This document shows, one piece after another, positions 49,551 to 60,162 of a DNA stretch of 64,000 nt; within the stretch, counting starts at the first letter, position 1; each line of letters starts with the position of its first letter. A model generated the notes under the pieces. The model was given only the letters and a program-made list of their open reading frames with translations. It ran no database searches and had not been told where the DNA came from. Source of the stretch: Tubiluchus corallicola (Eukaryota > Animalia > Priapulida); the NCBI GenBank assembly GCA_030141605.1, contig JAQGDQ010002410.1, positions 6,125-70,124 of the forward strand, written 5' to 3'. The translations under genes were made by a program, and so were the position numbers.

Positions 49551-50366
49551 TTATGCAGAAAAATAATCTGAATAAGGCTGATAAGTGCTAAAATAATTTT
49601 TGGGAGTATAACCTGTAAGCATTTTAAATTCATTTGAAAAATGTGCTTGGTCATAGTACCCATTTTCGTAGGATAAAACTGTTAGATTACGAGATGGGTT
49701 TATCTGTTGGCTAAAAATAGTATGTTGAAATCGTACTATTCGTAAAAATTGTTTAGGATTTATTCCTACAAAATCTGAAAACTTACGTTCAAACTGTTTT
49801 GTAGATAAATATGAACACGCTGCGAGTTCCTTAATAGATACTTCTCCTTTTGTTTCATTTACTATTTTGATGCTTTCGCTTATTCTGTTATAATTGTAGA
49901 TGTTTTTTTCTATTAACCTTTTTGTTAAGAAGTTTTCTATTAACTCAATCTGTTCTCTTTTATCACATATATTCGATAGCTGCTCTTCTAAGTCCTGACT
50001 TTTTTGCTTCATTATATCTTCCAATGCTATACTTTGGTTTGCTATTTCACAAATTGGCAAATCGAAAAACATTCTTGCACCTTGAGGGCGAAACATTACA
50101 GAAATAATACTTATTTCCCCCGTTGATTTAACATCGTAGTAACTTTTTTGCTGTCCTATAATTATAGTTCGTGGCAATAATATAGAAGAATTATCTGGAG
50201 CTATTTTTAGAAATCTATCCTTAATACAGAACATAAGTTCTACGCATCCATATGGAAAAACCCTCTGTTTAGAATATGGCTTAGATATTTTTTCACATTT
50301 AAGTATCCAATAACACTTCACAAATTGAGAGAGTTTTGAAGACGGTTGTATAAGTTGATAGTCCAT
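49551..50366 (-). CDS. AraC family regulator (DUF6597-type N-terminus)
   Basis: LSQFVKCYW, QFERKFSDFVGINPKQFLRIVRF, GYYDQAHF. Confidence 0.92.
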   Translation of the reverse strand: MDYQLIQPSSKLSQFVKCYWILKCEKISKPYSKQRVFPYGCVELMFCIKDRFLKIAPDNSSILLPRTIIIGQQKSYYDVKSTGEISIISVMFRPQGARMFFDLPICEIANQSIALEDIMKQKSQDLEEQLSNICDKREQIELIENFLTKRLIEKNIYNYNRISESIKIVNETKGEVSIKELAACSYLSTKQFERKFSDFVGINPKQFLRIVRFQHTIFSQQINPSRNLTVLSYENGYYDQAHFSNEFKMLTGYTPKNYFSTYQPYSDYFSA

Positions 50367-50535
50367 TGTTACTCTTTTATAATTAGCTAGTTACAAGCAC
50401 CTATTAAAAAAGAAATAATAGAAATTTCTAGATAAATAATTATTCAACAAAATTAGAAACATTTTGTCAATCTACTAAATTTCATATATTTGCATCCAAT
50501 TAAATAAATAAATTGAAAACATACAAAAACAGTTT

Positions 50536-51591
50536 ATGGAAAAAAATATAGCAGTACTATCAGGCGACGGTATAGGACCAGAGATAATAAAAGAAAGCAT
50601 AAAGACATTAGATGCAATAGCAACGAAGTTCAATTATACATTCAACTATAAAGAAGCCATTGTTGGAGGTATTGCTATAGACAAAACAGGCAACCCTCTA
50701 CCTGATGAGACTATAAAAGTTTGTCAAAACTCTGACGCAGTATTGTTTGGAGCTATTGGTGACCCTAAGTTCGACAACGACCCTAACGCTAAGGTGCGTC
50801 CAGAACAAGGACTATTAAAACTAAGAAAAACACTAGGGCTATTTGCCAATATAAGACCTGTAAAATCATTTCCACAACTTTATCACTCTTCGCCTCTCAA
50901 ACAAGAATTGATAGAAGACGTTGACCTTGTAGTATATCGCGAACTTACAGGAGGTATGTACTTTGGAGAGAAAACACGCACTAAAAACAGTGCTTCTGAC
51001 CTCTGTGCTTACACTTCAGAAGAAATTATTCGCATCAGCAAATTAGCCTTTGAAGCAGCTCAACAAAGAAGAAAAAAACTTACCCTAGTAGATAAAGCCA
51101 ATGTAATAGAAACTTCACGTCTTTGGAGAGATGAAGTAATGAAACTAAGCAAAAATTACCCCGATGTAGAGTTGGACCTAATGTTTGTAGATAATGCAGC
51201 AATGCAGCTCATACAATACCCTAAACAATTTGATGTAATTGTTACTGAAAACCTTTTTGGAGATATTATTACTGACGAATCATCTGTCATTGCAGGTTCA
51301 CTTGGTATGCTACCCTCAGCCTCAGTAGGCAATAAAGTAGCCCTTTTTGAACCCATACACGGCTCATATCCTCAAGCTACTGGAAAAAACATTGCTAATC
51401 CAATGGCAACCATACTTGCCGCTGCTATGATGCTTGACCACTTGCAAATGACAGAAGCAGCCAAGCTAATAGAAGAAGCAGTAGAAAAAGCCCTTGAAAA
51501 TAGAAAAGCAACAGTAGATATATATAAAGATAGTAAGTTAGGAACGTCAAATGTAGGCGATTACATTGTTCAATACATTCAAAATAAGTAA
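50536..51591 (+). CDS. leuB: 3-isopropylmalate dehydrogenase
   Basis: GDGIGPE, VRPEQGLL, RELTGG.YFG, NLFGDI.TD, FEPIHGS; TATATTTG -7 element at 50485. Confidence 0.95.
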   Translation: MEKNIAVLSGDGIGPEIIKESIKTLDAIATKFNYTFNYKEAIVGGIAIDKTGNPLPDETIKVCQNSDAVLFGAIGDPKFDNDPNAKVRPEQGLLKLRKTLGLFANIRPVKSFPQLYHSSPLKQELIEDVDLVVYRELTGGMYFGEKTRTKNSASDLCAYTSEEIIRISKLAFEAAQQRRKKLTLVDKANVIETSRLWRDEVMKLSKNYPDVELDLMFVDNAAMQLIQYPKQFDVIVTENLFGDIITDESSVIAGSLGMLPSASVGNKVALFEPIHGSYPQATGKNIANPMATILAAAMMLDHLQMTEAAKLIEEAVEKALENRKATVDIYKDSKLGTSNVGDYIVQYIQNK

Positions 51592-51597
51592 TCTAAA

Positions 51598-52194
51598 ATG
51601 ACAAAAGACGCTATCTTTAAAACATTTGTAATAATAGCCCTCTCTATTTTATATATACTACACTTTGTTTCGCAAAAGGAGGAGGTTAATGAACATAAAA
51701 TATCTCATCATAGAGTTGTAGATACTACAGCTATCAAATCTAAGATAGTATTTATCAATACAGACTCTTTGCTTCTAAAATACAAATATGCAAAAGACCT
51801 TTCACAACAACTGCAAGCTCAACAACAACAAGCTCAAAATAACTTACAACAAAAAATAGAAGTATTTCAAAAGGATTATCAATTATTCCAAGCCAAAATA
51901 CAAAACAACGGCTTTCTTTCTCAAGCCAGAGCAGAGCAGGAAGGACAAAAACTTGCACAACAACAACAAAACTTGCAAAAATTAGAGATGGATCTTGCTA
52001 ATCAACTTGCACAGCAGCAACAAGAAATGAACATTCAGTTAAGAGATAGCCTAACTAAGTATCTAAAAATATACAATGAAACCCATAATTTTCATTTAGT
52101 ATTAAGTAACAGTCTGGGAGATAATATACTATACAATGCCAAAGGCTTGAACATTACTGACGACATAGCTACTTTACTAAACCAAACATACTAA
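51598..52194 (+). CDS. OmpH/Skp family outer membrane chaperone
   Basis: IVFINTDSLL, Gln-rich coiled coil, NITDDIATLLN. Confidence 0.88.
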   Translation: MTKDAIFKTFVIIALSILYILHFVSQKEEVNEHKISHHRVVDTTAIKSKIVFINTDSLLLKYKYAKDLSQQLQAQQQQAQNNLQQKIEVFQKDYQLFQAKIQNNGFLSQARAEQEGQKLAQQQQNLQKLEMDLANQLAQQQQEMNIQLRDSLTKYLKIYNETHNFHLVLSNSLGDNILYNAKGLNITDDIATLLNQTY

Positions 52195-52204
52195 GAAACA
52201 ATAA

Positions 52205-53479
52205 ATGAGTTTTGCTCATAACTATATAAAAAAAAACAAAATAATCCACAACCTGTCCTTCGCTCCCAACAAAAATCTCAACATTATTGTAGTAATTCCC
52301 TGTTATGATGAAGACAACCTGATAGACACGCTCACCTCAATACTTAAAGCAGATAGCCCTAAGAACAGTATAGAAGTTATTACTATAATAAATTCAAGCA
52401 CTCAAACTCCTTCTGAAATAGTAATCAAAAATAGAAAAACCTTAGAACAAGCCCATACTTGGTGCAATAACCACAACTCTCCACAATTACAGTTCTACTT
52501 CATTAACGAAGAAAATTTACCTTCTCACAAAGCAGGAGTAGGATTAGCCCGTAAAATAGGTATGGATATAGCCATATCCCGATTTAACGAAATAAATAAC
52601 CCTAGCGGAATAATAGCATCCTTAGATGCAGATACAAAAATAGCCTCCAACTACTTCACAGAGATTGAAAAGACTTACCTAAACGACTCCAAAACAACTG
52701 CTACAAACATATACTTTGAACACCCCATAAGTGGGGAGCAATACTCCAAACATATTTATAAAGGCATAGCCCTTTACGAACTTCATTTGCGTTACTACTT
52801 ACAAAGCTTACGATATGCAAAATTTCCTCACGCACAGCATACTATAGGCTCAGCTTTCACCGTAAAGGCTTCAACCTATATAAAACAAGGAGGAATGAAT
52901 ACCAAAAAAGCTGGAGAAGACTTTTACTTTTTACAAAAAGTTATACCAACTGGTGTATTTAGAAACATTGCAACTACAATGGTTATTCCTTCTCCTCGAA
53001 CATCCGATAGGGTGCCATTTGGAACAGGAAAGGCACAAATAAAATATCTGCAAAGTTTAAAACAACAAGTTCTCACATACGACACCCGCACATTCACAGA
53101 TTTAAAAGAATTTTTCAGCAAGGCAGAAAAGTTCTTTGACGTAATAAAACAATATAAATACGAGCAAATAATAAAAGAATTACCTAAAAGTATTTGTACC
53201 TTCTTGCAAAAAGATATGTTTTATGAACAAATAAAAAAACTTAACCAAAACACTAAAACTATAAAAACCTATAAAAAGAACTTCTTTGGCAATGTTTTCA
53301 ACGCATTCAAAACAGTGAAATACGTAAATTACGCAAGCCAGCATTATTATCCCAAAATAAGTATCACAAAAGCAGCCAATCAACTACTTAAAATAGAGCA
53401 ACTATCTCAAAATTATATAGAAAAACCAGAACAACTTTTACAAGTATATAGACATATAGAGAAAACTGAAAAACAATGA
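52205..53479 (+). CDS. Family 2-like glycosyltransferase
   Basis: VVIPCYDE, GVGLARKIGMD, SLDAD, AGEDFYFL, SDRVPFGTG. Confidence 0.85.
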   Translation: MSFAHNYIKKNKIIHNLSFAPNKNLNIIVVIPCYDEDNLIDTLTSILKADSPKNSIEVITIINSSTQTPSEIVIKNRKTLEQAHTWCNNHNSPQLQFYFINEENLPSHKAGVGLARKIGMDIAISRFNEINNPSGIIASLDADTKIASNYFTEIEKTYLNDSKTTATNIYFEHPISGEQYSKHIYKGIALYELHLRYYLQSLRYAKFPHAQHTIGSAFTVKASTYIKQGGMNTKKAGEDFYFLQKVIPTGVFRNIATTMVIPSPRTSDRVPFGTGKAQIKYLQSLKQQVLTYDTRTFTDLKEFFSKAEKFFDVIKQYKYEQIIKELPKSICTFLQKDMFYEQIKKLNQNTKTIKTYKKNFFGNVFNAFKTVKYVNYASQHYYPKISITKAANQLLKIEQLSQNYIEKPEQLLQVYRHIEKTEKQ

Positions 53480-54168
53480 AAAACATTGCTATCATACTTG
53501 CAGCTGGAGAAGGAAAACGATTTGGTAATGAACTGCCTAAACAATATATAAAAGTTAAAAACAAAACGATACTAGAATACACCCTTGTTCCATTTCAATA
53601 TCATCCAAAAATAGATGAAATAATCATTGTATGTCATATCAACTTTCGCGATAAGATAAAACAACTAATAAAAAACGACTTTCCAAAAGTAAAAAATATC
53701 ATAAACGGAGGTGAAAAACGACATCTCTCTACCCAAGCAGCTATACTACACTATCAACACCTTAACCCAAAAGATAACATTGTTATACACGATGCAGCAC
53801 GACCTCTTGTAAACAAACAACATATTACTGAACTAATTAAGGAATTACAACAACACGATGCAGCAACACTCACTATACCTATCACAGATACTATTGTACA
53901 AACCAACTCCCAGCAAAAAACAATAGATAAATTCGTGGACAGAACCTTATACCAAAGAGTACAAACACCCCAAGCTTTCAAATATGAAACAATAAAAGAA
54001 GCCTACAAACAGCTAAAAGCAACAGACAACTTCACTGATGATTGTAGCATCGTACACCATTATCTACCTCAAAAATCCATAGCCACAGTACAAGGTAGTT
54101 TCGAAAACATAAAAATAACTCATCAACAAGATTTACTCACATTTGAAAAGATTATCAGCAAAAGATAA
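53476..54168 (+). CDS. ispD: IspD/TarI family cytidylyltransferase
   Basis: ILAAGEGKRFG..LPKQY, IHDAARP, QTPQAF, TDD, NIKIT; TarI cannot be excluded. Confidence 0.8.
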   Translation: MKNIAIILAAGEGKRFGNELPKQYIKVKNKTILEYTLVPFQYHPKIDEIIIVCHINFRDKIKQLIKNDFPKVKNIINGGEKRHLSTQAAILHYQHLNPKDNIVIHDAARPLVNKQHITELIKELQQHDAATLTIPITDTIVQTNSQQKTIDKFVDRTLYQRVQTPQAFKYETIKEAYKQLKATDNFTDDCSIVHHYLPQKSIATVQGSFENIKITHQQDLLTFEKIISKR

Positions 54169-54183
54169 CAATCTTTTAAATTA

Positions 54184-54252
54184 GGTAATGTATTATCAAT
54201 AGGCAGAAGATAATACATAATGTTAGAGTCAGCCAACTCCCAACACACCGCC
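54184..54252 (+). mobile_element. MITE-like repeat, internally deleted copy D
   Basis: ggtaatgtattatcaataggcagaagataatacataatgttagagtc joined to ccaactcccaacacaccgcc (compare copy A end ccaactcctaatacattacc). Confidence 0.75.
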
Positions 54253-54282
54253 TTAAATTACATACAAAACAAGTAAACGCTT

Positions 54283-56547
54283 CTAAGCATCTTGCTTTTT
54301 GATAAGATTAAGTGCAGAGCCTTCTTTGAACCATTCTATTTGGTTTTTATTATAAGTGTGCTTAACCTCAAGCTCATCAGTGCTACCATCTTTGTGTGTT
54401 AAAACAACTTTCAAAGACTTGTTTGGAGCAAAAGTAGCAAGTCCTACAATGTCTATACTATCATCCTCTTGCACTTTATTATAGTCTTCTTTATTGGTAA
54501 AAGTAAGAGCCAACATACCTTGCTTTTTAAGGTTGGTCTCGTGTATGCGAGCAAAAGACTTCACCAGCACTACTTTAGTCCCTAAATGTCGTGGCTCCAT
54601 TGCAGCGTGCTCACGAGACGACCCTTCTCCATAGTTTTCATCACCCACCACCACTGAGCCTATTCCTTGAGCTTTATAGGCTCTTGCTACCTCAGGCACT
54701 TCGTCATATTCGCCTGTCAGCTGATTTTTCACAGTGTTAGTTTTCTCGTTAAAGAAATTGATAGCCCCTATCAAGCAGTTATTAGATATATTATCCAAAT
54801 GTCCTCTAAATCTCAACCAAGGGCCTGCCATAGATATATGATCAGTAGTACATTTTCCCTTAGCTTTTATAAGTAGTTTAAATCCCTTATAATCTGCACC
54901 ATCCCACGCTGTAAAAGGCTCTAACAATTGCAACCTTTCAGATGTGGGACTAACCACTACTTGCACATCGCTACCATCCTTAGCAGGTGCCACATAGCCA
55001 ATATCATCTACTGTAAAACCTTTAACAGGCATCTCATCACCTTTAGGCTCTTGTAGTTTTACTTGTTCTCCTTTTTTATTGGTAAGTGTATCTGTTAAGG
55101 GGTTGAACTTCAATGAACCCGCTATAGCAAAAGCCGTAGTCATTTCAGGTGAGGCAACAAAGCCGTGTGTATTAGGGTTACCATCGTTACGCTTTGCAAA
55201 ATTACGGTTGAAAGAAGTCATTATTGAATTAGGCTTTTGTTCCTCCGCACCTTGTCTTGCCCACTGCCCTATACAGGGGCCACAGGCATTAGCAAGCACT
55301 TTTCCTCCTATCTTCTCAAAAATATCTATATAGCCATCCCGTTCTATAGTAGCCTTTACCATTTCCGAACCGGGAGTTACAGTGTATTCCGCCTTTACTT
55401 GAAGGTCTTTGTCTAAAGCTTGCTGGGCTAAAGATGCTGCTCTACTTATATCCTCATAACTAGAGTTGGTGCAAGAACCAATTAGCCCTATCTCTAACTT
55501 AGGAGGATAGTTGTTTTTCTCTACCATCTCTGCAAACTGAGATATAGGCGTTGCTAAGTCAGGGGTAAAAGGTCCATTAATATATGGCTCTAATTTATCA
55601 AGGTCTATTTCTATTACTTGGTCGTAGTATTTTTCAGGATTCATATACACTTCATCGTCCGCCTTCAAGTAGTCTTTTACTTTGTTAGCGAGGTCAGAAA
55701 CATCAGCACGCTCAGTAGCTTGCAAATACTTCTCCATTTTCTCATCATAAGCAAAAATAGAGGTAGTTGCTCCTATCTCTGCTCCCATATTACAAATGGT
55801 TGCTTTGCCCGTACAAGACAAATTATTTGCTCCTTCGCCAAAATATTCTACAATAAAACCCGTACCTCCTTTGACAGTAAGTATTCCAGCAAGTTTTAGA
55901 ATTACATCCTTAGCAGATGTCCATCCTCTAAGTTTGCCAGTGAGTTTCACCCCTAACACCTTAGGAAATTTCAACTCCCACGGCATACCTGTCATCACAT
56001 CCACAGCGTCGGCCCCTCCTACCCCTATAGCTACCATACCAAGCCCTCCCGCATTAGGTGTATGTGAATCCGTTCCAACCATCATACCCCCAGGAAATGC
56101 ATAATTTTCTAGTACCACCTGATGTATAATCCCAGCTCCCGGTTTCCAAAACCCAATACCGTATTTATTCGACACAGAAGATAAAAAGTCATATACTTCT
56201 TTATTGGTGCTAACAGCTTGTTTAAGGTCCTTGTTTGCTCCTACTTTAGCTTGTATAAGGTGGTCGCAATGCACCGTAGAAGGAACGGATGTAGTAGATT
56301 TTCCTGCTTGCATAAATTGCAACAAAGCCATCTGAGCAGTAGCATCTTGCATTGCTACCCTATCAGGATAGAAATCCACATAATCTTCCCCTCTCTTATA
56401 GACTTCTTGTATATTGCTATTACAGAGATGAGAGTACAAAACCTTTTCAGTAAATGTCAAAGGTCGTCCTACCAATTCCTTTGCACTATCTACCCTACTT
56501 TTTATTTCGGCATATACCTTTTTTATCATTTCTATATTATAAGTCAT
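54283..56547 (-). CDS. acnA: Aconitate hydratase (mitochondrial type, typical of Bacteroidota)
   Basis: [58 protein letters not shown]. Confidence 0.96.
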   Translation of the reverse strand: MTYNIEMIKKVYAEIKSRVDSAKELVGRPLTFTEKVLYSHLCNSNIQEVYKRGEDYVDFYPDRVAMQDATAQMALLQFMQAGKSTTSVPSTVHCDHLIQAKVGANKDLKQAVSTNKEVYDFLSSVSNKYGIGFWKPGAGIIHQVVLENYAFPGGMMVGTDSHTPNAGGLGMVAIGVGGADAVDVMTGMPWELKFPKVLGVKLTGKLRGWTSAKDVILKLAGILTVKGGTGFIVEYFGEGANNLSCTGKATICNMGAEIGATTSIFAYDEKMEKYLQATERADVSDLANKVKDYLKADDEVYMNPEKYYDQVIEIDLDKLEPYINGPFTPDLATPISQFAEMVEKNNYPPKLEIGLIGSCTNSSYEDISRAASLAQQALDKDLQVKAEYTVTPGSEMVKATIERDGYIDIFEKIGGKVLANACGPCIGQWARQGAEEQKPNSIMTSFNRNFAKRNDGNPNTHGFVASPEMTTAFAIAGSLKFNPLTDTLTNKKGEQVKLQEPKGDEMPVKGFTVDDIGYVAPAKDGSDVQVVVSPTSERLQLLEPFTAWDGADYKGFKLLIKAKGKCTTDHISMAGPWLRFRGHLDNISNNCLIGAINFFNEKTNTVKNQLTGEYDEVPEVARAYKAQGIGSVVVGDENYGEGSSREHAAMEPRHLGTKVVLVKSFARIHETNLKKQGMLALTFTNKEDYNKVQEDDSIDIVGLATFAPNKSLKVVLTHKDGSTDELEVKHTYNKNQIEWFKEGSALNLIKKQDA

Positions 56548-56583
56548 AGCTATAAATAAATTGTATTATCTTATTAGTTTTTG

Positions 56584-56674
56584 CAAAAGTATCATTTTTT
56601 TGTGTTTTTTCATAATCCTTTAACAAGTTATAGCCTATAAATCTTTTTTATTCCACAATAGAATATTACCTTTG
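56584..56674. promoter_or_regulatory. Divergent sigmaA -7 elements for aconitase (minus) and DUF6089 (plus)
   Basis: TACTTTTG on minus at 56584-56591; TACCTTTG on plus at 56667-56674. Confidence 0.65.
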
Positions 56675-56693
56675 CAATATATATTATATTTTA

Positions 56694-57428
56694 ATGAATA
56701 GTAAAATAAGACATTTTATTTTTATTGGTTTACTTTTTGCTGGCTCTTCTATTTACTCTCAATCCGAAAGAAAGGAAACTCCCAAATATAAGTCAGCAAA
56801 CCCTACCACTTATAACTTAGCTAAAAAAGAACATTATAAACAAGAATTAGGTGCTTTTTTAGGGAGTATTTTTTATATTGGTGATATAAATAAATCTCGT
56901 TTATTTTATTCTCCCAGTCTTGCTTTGGGGATGGTCTATAAATTTAACTTTGATTATCATTGGACCTTCAAATTTGGTTTAACCACAGGCAATATTACTG
57001 CTATGGATACTGACTTTGATAATGATTTCAATCAAAATAGAAGTGCTGTAATAAACGAACGGGTGCTTGATATTGCCCCTATGATTGAGTTTAATTTTCT
57101 AAAATATGGAGATAAAAGCCGTGGAGGAGACAACCAAACCTTCTATCTGACAACTGGTATAGCCATATCAAGCTATCTAACAAATAAAAGCACCTGGGCT
57201 ATCCCAATGGGAGCTGGATATAAAATTTCTATAAACGAAAGAGTTAGCATAGCCGTAGAGTGGACTTTTAGAAAAACATTTAACGATTATTTAGATGGCA
57301 TCCACGATCCTTATGGTTTTGATTCTAAAAGTAGTTGGATTAACAACGATTGGTACTCATTCTTTGGAGCTGTTATCACATTTGGGTTTTATCGCTACGA
57401 CAATGCTTGTGAGCATTATGTTTTTTAG
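56694..57428 (+). CDS. DUF6089/PorG-like outer-membrane beta-barrel
   Basis: ELGAFLG..FYIGD, AIPMGAGYK, RKTFNDYLDG, NNDWYSF. Confidence 0.8.
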   Translation: MNSKIRHFIFIGLLFAGSSIYSQSERKETPKYKSANPTTYNLAKKEHYKQELGAFLGSIFYIGDINKSRLFYSPSLALGMVYKFNFDYHWTFKFGLTTGNITAMDTDFDNDFNQNRSAVINERVLDIAPMIEFNFLKYGDKSRGGDNQTFYLTTGIAISSYLTNKSTWAIPMGAGYKISINERVSIAVEWTFRKTFNDYLDGIHDPYGFDSKSSWINNDWYSFFGAVITFGFYRYDNACEHYVF

Positions 57429-57728
57429 AACTTGAAATGAAAAAAATTGAAAAGTTTTATTATTTATAATTTTCTTTCCACTTTTTGCCATTACATAAAA
57501 AAGAGAAGATTGTTCAGATGTTGCAAACCTTAAAGAGGAGAGGCAAAACAAAAACCTTTTATTAACTTATTATTCCATTTCCTGCTTTTAGACAAGACTA
57601 AGCAAACACCTACTACAAGGCAATAATAACCAAAGTAAAAGCTAAATGAAATGTATTGTTACCATTCCTTTTTACAAAGAAAAATCGTAATTTTGTATGT
57701 AAATAGTTAATATGCTATCTATCATCAA

Positions 57729-59741
57729 ATGAAGTTTCAAATTACATCAGACTTTCAACCCACAGGCGACCAACCACAAGCCATAGAAAAGTTAGTTCAA
57801 AACACACTTAACAACCAAAGAACTCAAACTCTACTTGGTGTCACAGGGTCAGGAAAAACATTTACCATAGCCAATCTCATACAACGAGTACAACGCCCTA
57901 CATTGATACTTAGCCACAATAAAACCCTTGCCGCACAACTTTATGGAGAGTTTAAGAAATTCTTTCCACACAATGCTGTAGAATACTTTGTATCTTATTA
58001 CGATTATTATCAACCCGAAGCCTACTTACCCGTTACTAATACTTACATTGAGAAAGATCTTTCCATCAATGAAGAAATAGAAAAACTACGTCTTAGTACC
58101 TCCTCATCATTGCTATCAGGCAGACGCGATGTTATTGTAGTATCTTCTGTGTCTTGCCTCTATGGTATTGGCAATCCTGAAGATTTTGACAAAAACTCTA
58201 TTCGTCTAAAAAAAGGACAAGAAATATCCCGTAACAACTTCCTACGAGAATTAGTTCAAGGGCTATATTCACGCAATGATATAGACTTCAAAAGAGGTAC
58301 TTTTAGAGTAAAGGGCGATACTGTGGATGTGTTTCTTGCTTATGACGACCTCGCCTTTCGCATTACCTTTTGGGGTGATGAAATAGAAGAGATAGAAACC
58401 TTAGACCCTATCAATAGTAATATTACAGACAATATAGAACAGGCTGTTATATACCCTGCCAATATGTTTGTAACTACTCGAGAAAAAATCAACAATGCCA
58501 TCAAGCAAATACAACAAGACCTCTTTAAGCAAATAGAATTTTTTAAAGAACAAGGAAAAGAAATAGAAGCAAAAAGAATAAAAGAAAGGGTAAACTATGA
58601 CTTAGAAATGATAATGGAACTAGGCTACTGTTCAGGCATAGAAAACTACTCACGTTATTTTGATGGTAGAGCTAAAGGAACACGCCCGTTTTGTATCTTA
58701 GACTACTTTCCTAAAGACTACCTTACTGTGATAGATGAAAGCCACGTAACAATACCTCAAATAAGAGCAATGTATGGAGGCGACCATTCACGTAAAATTA
58801 ATCTAGTAGAATATGGTTTTAGACTGCCTGCTGCTATAGACAATCGCCCCTTAAAGTTTGAAGAATACGAAGCCATCACACATCAAACAATTTACGTAAG
58901 TGCCACCCCCGCAGATTATGAACTTGAAAAAAGTGGCGGAGAAGTAATAGAGCAAGTTATACGTCCTACGGGCTTACTCGACCCAATGATAAACGTGAGA
59001 CCTACCATCAATCAAATAGATGACCTCACAGCTGAAATAGTAAAACGAGGCAATAGGAATGAAAGAATATTAGTAACCACACTTACTAAAAAAATGGCAG
59101 AGGAACTAGCTGATTATTTTGCCAAACAACAAATCAAATGTAGATACATACACTCTGATGTAGAAACATTAGAAAGAGTAGAAATAATGGAGCAACTACG
59201 CAAGGGACTGTTTGATGTGCTAATAGGAGTCAACCTACTAAGAGAAGGACTTGACCTTCCAGAGGTATCGCTGGTAGCCATATTGGATGCCGACAAAGAA
59301 GGATTCTTACGTTCTACTCGATCGCTCACACAAACAGCAGGACGAGCAGCACGCAACCTAAATGGTAAGGTAGTGATGTACGCAGACAAAATTACACAAT
59401 CAATGCAACAAACCATAGATGAAACATACAGAAGACGGGAAAAGCAAATCATCTACAATAAAGAAAATAATGTAACCCCTAAACCCATTGTGAAGACCTT
59501 AGAACCCATTATAAATAATAAAAAACAAGCAGAATCAAGACCTTACATAGAAGAAGAAACCTCGCATATGATAGCCGACCCCGTAGAACAATATATGTCT
59601 CGCCCTGAAATAGAAAAACAAATAAAAAAAACAGAAAGAGAAATGAGAAAAGCAGCTAAAAATATGGACTACCTTGAAGCAGCTCGTTTACGAGACGAAG
59701 TTCTTAAACTAAAAAAACTACTTAAAGAGTCAAAAACATAA
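57729..59741 (+). CDS. uvrB: Excinuclease ABC subunit B
   Basis: PTGDQP, LGVTGSGKT, FVSYYDYYQPEAY, DESH, NLLREGLDLPEV, C-terminal UVR domain; TAATTTTG at 57688. Confidence 0.98.
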   Translation: MKFQITSDFQPTGDQPQAIEKLVQNTLNNQRTQTLLGVTGSGKTFTIANLIQRVQRPTLILSHNKTLAAQLYGEFKKFFPHNAVEYFVSYYDYYQPEAYLPVTNTYIEKDLSINEEIEKLRLSTSSSLLSGRRDVIVVSSVSCLYGIGNPEDFDKNSIRLKKGQEISRNNFLRELVQGLYSRNDIDFKRGTFRVKGDTVDVFLAYDDLAFRITFWGDEIEEIETLDPINSNITDNIEQAVIYPANMFVTTREKINNAIKQIQQDLFKQIEFFKEQGKEIEAKRIKERVNYDLEMIMELGYCSGIENYSRYFDGRAKGTRPFCILDYFPKDYLTVIDESHVTIPQIRAMYGGDHSRKINLVEYGFRLPAAIDNRPLKFEEYEAITHQTIYVSATPADYELEKSGGEVIEQVIRPTGLLDPMINVRPTINQIDDLTAEIVKRGNRNERILVTTLTKKMAEELADYFAKQQIKCRYIHSDVETLERVEIMEQLRKGLFDVLIGVNLLREGLDLPEVSLVAILDADKEGFLRSTRSLTQTAGRAARNLNGKVVMYADKITQSMQQTIDETYRRREKQIIYNKENNVTPKPIVKTLEPIINNKKQAESRPYIEEETSHMIADPVEQYMSRPEIEKQIKKTEREMRKAAKNMDYLEAARLRDEVLKLKKLLKESKT

Positions 59742-59748
59742 AAGTTAA

Positions 59749-59895
59749 GCTAATGTATTATCAATTAGGTAGAAAATAATATACAATCTTAGTGTCATTC
59801 CTATATTTTGCTATCGCAAAATATAGGAAACCTTAAAACGCATAAGACACCTACCTTCACAGCTATGACACACTACTTACTTTCAAACCATACAC
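59749..59895 (+). mobile_element. MITE-like repeat, near full-length copy B
   Basis: Aligns over about 135 nt with the reverse complement of copy A; perfect hairpin 59798-59829; right end degenerate. Confidence 0.8.
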
Positions 59896-60162
59896 TTTTT
59901 TCATTGCGTATTTATTCCACAATCTATTTTTAGACAAGATTAGTGCAAGGAGTATAAGTGAGCTCGCCACGCCCATACCACTCGAAAATAAGGCATAATA
60001 AGATAACGAGTATTTACAGACTATTTAAAGGTATTTTTAGCCTTTTAATAATTTCTAAGGCTTATACCTACTTCCTCTCTATCCAATTATGTACAATTTG
60101 TATTATGTCCTTTTAAGAAACACAGGATATTTGTAAACTTCTCATATACTAACATCCCAATT

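Noticed and set aside
51800-52030. CAA/poly-Gln runs in OmpH
   Set aside because: Normal Skp coiled coil amplified by the A/C strand bias
8098-59895. Repeat copies considered as a CRISPR array
   Set aside because: Dispersed, variable in length, no repeat-spacer periodicity and no cas genes
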